Part shown: piece by piece, positions 58,701 to 64,000 of the stretch | How positions within the stretch are numbered: position 1 is the stretch's first letter | Layout: every line of letters starts with the position of its first letter | Assembly: GCF_009914755.1 (NCBI RefSeq) | Contig: NC_060937.1 | DNA: 64,000 nucleotides | Strand: one strand, 5' to 3' | Source: the human T2T-CHM13v2.0 reference genome, Homo sapiens | Translations under genes and position numbers: made by a program | Notes under the pieces: model-generated | The model's input: the letters and a program-made list of their open reading frames with translations, nothing else | The model's database searches: none | Told to the model about the DNA's origin: nothing

Positions 58701-61214
58701 CACATTGTGAAAGGGCAGTTTCTGGTTCAGTACGTCTCGGTGTGGGTAGCTTTGGGTCCAGTGGCACTCCTGGTGCACACCAGTCTGTCATGAACCCACA
58801 GTGTGGGAGTGCTTCCTCATTAATACACCTGCTAATCACACCGAACAATCAGAGATCTGTTCAGATGGGGCCCAGAGGATCTGAGAGACAAATGGCTGGG
58901 CCATTGTCAACCCAAGCAGTTCAAGTGCAGTGGCCACCACTTAGGGAAACTATGGAATTGTCTTGGTCTGATGCTCAAAATGAACTCACACGGACGTGAT
59001 CTGCCCTAGACAAACAAGTCTGAAATGAAGATCAAATGCTATTTCTTCCACTTACTAGTTGTGGGACCTTATATAACTGTTGTGTAAATAAGATAATGTG
59101 GGTAAAATGCCTGGCACAAAGTAGTTGCCAAAAAAATGCCAGTTCACCACTCGAGTTTCCCCCCAAAACTGAGGTGGCCTCAATTTTTCCTTCTCTAGTT
59201 CAGTGTTGCTTTTTGTCCAGGAAAGCCACAGTTAGAAGAGGTGCTGTGAAATTTCTATCTCTCACCTCTAAGCAAGACATCCAGCCCTGCTGGTCCCTGT
59301 GGCAGGACCTCCCCATCTCCCACGCAGCAGAAGTTTGAAAAATTAATTTACTCATCTTCCTGGAGCATAAAGAGTTTTTTAGACCTTCCCTTCTGAACTG
59401 TTTATGGAACCGCCATTTAGGAATTCAAATGGCAGAGCCGTTCTCCCTCTGAAGGTCTCCGGGAGCCCCAGCGCCTCCTCACCTACCCCTTATTTCATGC
59501 TCATGCTTTTTTGCACGTTGATAAGCAGTCTCAAGGCCAAGACTGTCCCAGGCCCCGACACACCTGTCTGATTTCATCCCTATGTCTCCCTTCCTCTTGC
59601 AGCCCTTTCCAGGCACACTGGTCTTCTTGTCTCCTGTGAACTTGCCAAGGCTGTTTCTGCCTTGGGCACAGCGCTGCCTGGAAGCCCCTACCCAGGTAGC
59701 CACATGGGGGTTCTTCCTTCATCCAAGTCTCAGCTGAAATGCTGCTCCCTCTCAGAAGACTTCACTGGCCCTCTACTGAGTTTTATTTTTTTCTTAACAT
59801 TCATCACTACCCCAATGATCTTATTTGTTTAGTTACATGTTAATTGTCTGTTTCCCTCTACTAAACCACAAGCTGCCCAAAGGCAGGAATCTCAAGTGTT
59901 TAGTTCAGTGAGCATTGCAGATCCCAGGACAGTGACTAGACGCTTTGTCCATTCCTGCAGCAGCAACAGTTTTCCAAGGAACACTATCAAATGGACCTAT
60001 GAGTGTTATAATTCTATCCTGTAATACGTTGGACAACTATTCAGGGTTTTGGGCACTGCCAGAAACATGCAACTCCAGGAAGGAGAGGAGTGGGGACGGG
60101 AGGGAAATGCCTCCAGGCAATGGCAAAAACTTTGCTTTGAGCTTCTCATGTCCCAGAATGCAAATGTCCATCTGACCCCAGGATCAGAGTGAGAGAAGTT
60201 TTGCTCTGTCTCCTCTCACCTGAAATGAACAGGAGGCTGCTATTCATTCCCTCAACCTCAGGTTCTAGGATCAAGCTAGAGGGAAGCCTTTGGGCGTCAG
60301 GGCAGTGCCAATGCCAAGGGCTCAAGCAACACTCAACTTTAGAGATATTGTCTAATAAAGATAACGAGAGCTAGACTTTTTATATGGATTATTAAGCTGT
60401 CCTAACTCATCACATGGATCATTTCATTTGTCTTAAGAAATTGTCTCAGTGACCAGAGATGGTTTTTAGAAAATGCATGAGATGTGATCCCCTCTATACT
60501 GTGGCCGTGCCGCTTTTAACTCCACACGGATCACCTAGCATGAGGGTTCTAGAAAAAGATGGGGGAGCTGCTGCTACAGGGGTTCATGTTGTCCACCCAT
60601 CCCTGGTTCTTCATTATTCCTTTGTGACTCCATACTCAAAAACCAAGCCTTGTCAGTCCTGAGAATGGCTCTGGCTCTGAGGGAGCTGAATGACTGCCAA
60701 GGCCGTCCAGAATAAGCATGAATTAAGCAAACCCTCCTGTCCCTACGACCCTCAGGACAAAGTGGAGAAGAGAGTAACTGGGCTACTCTGCGGAAGTGTC
60801 AATGCCCTGAGGTCTCTGTAAAGCACCAGATAGTGCAGGAAGAGGAAGTCTCAGCTCTCCTTAGCAAGACAAGGCAAGCTACTGAGGGCCACGCTGTCCA
60901 GAGAAACTTTGTTTTGTGGATGCACAGAAAGTAATACGTTTTTCTGGTATTAGAGATTCTTTTGGAAGCGAGTATAGATGGCCCTGCCGGAATGAGAGCC
61001 CTTGGGACACCTGGGATAGGGGTGCTCAAAACAACAGTTTATTCAAAATACAGCAAGCAAGTCAGTAGCGTCCTGCCCCGGGACACCAAACTCCACCTGT
61101 GCTATCCCTTCCCGGCTCTTTCTCACTGCCTATGAAGTGACCTCTGAAGTGTCCGATTGTCTTTATGAGCAATGCAAGGCTGGAAGTATTTTAGACCAGG
61201 CCTGCTGCACTCAC

Positions 61215-61316
61215 CGTCTGCATCTGCTGCGTCTCTGTCGGGGATCAGCTGCTGACTGTCGGCATAGCTCATGACGGCAGCAGTTCTCCTGTCTTCATTT
61301 CCCTGAGCACTTGCTT
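61215..61316 (-). pseudogene. GUCY1B2: GUCY1B2 penultimate exon: (E)ASAQGNEDRRTAAVMSYADSQQLIPDRDAADAD(A)
   Basis: Strong acceptor (cttttccttcctctcacggttttttgcag) and donor ACG|GTGAGT. 102 nt, phase 1-1, no stop codon. Confidence 0.85.
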
Positions 61317-63773
61317 CTGCAAAAAACCGTGAGAGGAAGGAAAAGTGAGGACGGTTGCATGAGTGGGCTTCATGGCTGCCGAAGTGGGAGACTTTTTTTG
61401 GATGCCTCTGAACATCGGCTGCCCCTGGCAGGTTTCCCACAGGTGCCCATCATGTGAAGGACTGGATGGAAGTTCCAGCTGTTGGATGTCGTGGTAGGGA
61501 GGCTGAAGGACATTTAACGTGTTTCATGTACTCATTACCTAGAACGAGGAAATGCACTGTCTTGAGAATGAAGTGGAGGAGAGGAGGCTCATTTGAGGAA
61601 GAGCTCTCCTGGACACTATCCTTTCTTGTTTCTGTCACCTTCTGGGTCTTTTTGTGCTAGGGTGGAGTGGGGCACAAGAAAGACCCTGCAGGGCCCTTTC
61701 TTCTGCATTGCTTTGGTCTTAGACATAGTTCTTAATGCTGACTGCACACTAGAATCACTGAAGTGCCCTCGCTGCTGCTCCTCCCTAAGTAACCCCCCCA
61801 AAAAAGTCGTGTGTGTCCCATGGGAGATAATCTGAGGGAATAGACCCATGTGAAAAGAGTATCAGTGAACATAACAGTGTTTCCATGCCCCTCCCCCATC
61901 ACTGTCTTTGAGAGGCTCTATCTTGCCTCATGGAGATGTCAGTGGTCACTGGGAGAAAACACCCTGGACCCCGGAAGTTAATGGGGTTCCTTAGGAAGCA
62001 GTATCTGCATGAGGTCTCCCCTGAGAGTTCCTGGCCTTCCTGCTAGAGCCCCCATGCTGCAGATGAAGGCAGGCAGGGAGAGACAGACTCACCCTCCCCC
62101 AGAGCCTGGTGGCTGAGGCTCACAGCAGGAAATCCAAGGCTGCTGGGGAAAGGGAGAGGGGACTGGGAAATGCACAGAAGCATGAAAAGGGTTGGGATCC
62201 TTCCTTCCTGGGACCACATATATGTTTGTGCAGTTTTCTCTACATGGAGGCACCTGGCCAAGGGGTTCAGGGTGAGGACTGACCTCAGTCCACACAGAGG
62301 TTGCCATTTTCCTCTATGATAAGCCATGTCTGGGGGCTGTCGACCCCATAGCCCACAAAGGGGTCCTTGTTCTTAATTTGCACAGAGACACTGACTGGGG
62401 CCTCGGGGGATGGGGGCTGCTATCCCCTGCCCTCCTTTCACACCTACCCTCCCTCCTCTTTCTCAGGCTCCATTCTGAGGGCTCCCAGTTGAGGCACCCT
62501 TCCTCACTTTGTACTCAGGGTTGCTTTTCCCTAGGTCAGAACTGAAAGTGGGTTTGATTCTACTGACTCAGACCTCGCTCCGGAATACTGTTTCTCTAAG
62601 AAGTGTGGGAACCCTCAGCGAACGAGTGGGAGAGAGCAGTGTGGGGTTACAGCCAGGCACAGCTGAGACCCATCTGCCCTGTCCTGTGCCAAAGCCTCCA
62701 GCCCTGCCTTCCCCTCTCCAATGATCACGTGATATGATGCCCCCTCCCCACTTTACTTTGTTCATTTCTTGACAACGAAGAAGAGAAAAGGGGGGGATGT
62801 TTGTTTGCCTTCTCTCTAGAAACCCTCTGTACTGTGGGGCTGGCATGATGGTGGGTGGGAGGGAGTGGGAGATAGCAGTGGATGAGGTGCCCAGAGCCTG
62901 GAAATTCTGGGGCTAAAACCTCTAATGAGGACTGCTCCTGGTCCTTATTACCAAAGTTATTTCTTGTTTTTTATTTAGATATTTGTATCTCAGTGTCTAC
63001 AACAGTAAAATGTGGCCTAAACCAACTATAGCTCACAGGGATACTACAGTGAGCTGATATTAGAATGAAAGCATTATGACAACAATTTTAAAAATTCTTC
63101 AAATAATCCATCTTTTCTTTGGGATAGCCCTACTTTTAAAAATAGTCATCATAATCCACATGTCCCAAAGAGACATACTGCGTGTAATAGCTGTGTAAAT
63201 AAGGAACCTCTGGACTTTGAGATTCCCCTTGTGGGCCTCTGGAGTGGCTAAAGATTAGCTCCTGTCAGAAGGAATTCATTCCCTTCTTGGAGGTTCAGAA
63301 AGGCTTGCCTCCTATTACCGGGTTTCCCCTTCAGGTCAGCACTTCCGTCTTAGCCAGGCTGTAGCTAAGGGACCCTGAGTGTGTGGGACTGATCAGCCTT
63401 GCAGCTGATGGAGAGCTCGCCATTGGATTCCAGCTTCTTTTTGGGGGTACCATGAGCCAAACAGTAATCCCTGGTCCAGCTTAGTACTGGGTTTTTTTAC
63501 CCTAAACTCCCACCCTCTTGTCATTCCTGGAGCTGGGTGAGTCACAAATTTTGTCCCTCATCCCAGTTTTGGAAGCTAGAACAAAATGTGAAAAAGGTTC
63601 CAGCACGCGAGGGAAGCCTGTGCTGGAGCCTCTGAGGCTGTGGAGCAGAGGAAGCACTCACAAATCATTCCCCAGCTACCAGAGAGCTGCATGGGAAACG
63701 CCCAGAGAAGAACCTTGAAGACTAATGTATGTAGAACTCTTCAGCTGGATCTATCGGCCCAGCTCAAAGAACG

Positions 63774-63871
63774 TCATAATAACCAGGATGCAAGAGAAGA
63801 GTGTTCAGGGCAAGATGGTTGAACTGAGCCCTGGAGCTTGGTGGTGGGCAAGGATGCTTTCTGTGTTGACC
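63774..63871 (-). pseudogene. GUCY1B2: GUCY1B2 proximal exon: (G)STQKASLPTTKLQGSVQPSCPEHSSLASWLL*
   Basis: Follows an 80-nt intron (63872-63951) ending tttattatttgcag. Phase 1 is compatible with the upstream exon; stop TGA at 63774-63776. Matches my recollection of the C-terminus of the database human beta-2 protein. Confidence 0.75.
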
Positions 63872-63951
63872 CTGCAAATAATAAACATATCTGAAGTGGT
63901 TAGTGGAAAAACTACTCAACACTAATGACAAAGCTTCTCTTTTTTGCTTAC

Positions 63952-64000
63952 CCTTGTGATCAACTGGGGTTTTAGATCTCCCCATGATCTCATCCTCTGT
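63952..64000 (-). pseudogene. GUCY1B2: GUCY1B2 exon, 3' part only (runs off the window): TEDEIMGRSKTPVDHK(G/E), just after the guanylate cyclase catalytic domain
   Basis: Minus-strand translation matches the recalled sGC beta-2 post-catalytic sequence (NATEDEIMGR...). GTAAGC donor at 63951, phase 1. Confidence 0.88.

Overview
This is primate, almost certainly human, genomic DNA; the evidence is a human-specific-type AluYb8 and exon translations matching human RNASEH2B as I recall it. The + strand carries the 3' half of RNASEH2B: coding exons 6-11 (272-13423) and a distal alternative last exon at 26881 that gives a PIP-box-less isoform. The - strand, at the far end, carries the 3' end of the soluble guanylate cyclase beta-2 locus GUCY1B2 (annotated as a pseudogene in human), converging on RNASEH2B. 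Between them is repeat-rich DNA: a full-length but disabled L1PA2/3 with a 16-bp TSD, a near-pristine AluYb8-type insertion, older Alus and L1s, MER58A, Tigger-family elements, a MER68-like LTR and microsatellites. I see no new multi-gene system. The most interesting signals are: (1) an intact, in-phase two-exon GUCY1B2 tail ending in a CaaX prenylation box (CVLL*), competing with a nearer CaaX-less exon; (2) a short THE1 LTR transcript that was apparently retro-copied by L1 machinery (A-tail plus TSD). Most short ORFs in the track are non-coding noise or repeat-derived. Gene and repeat-family names come from recall, not from a database search.
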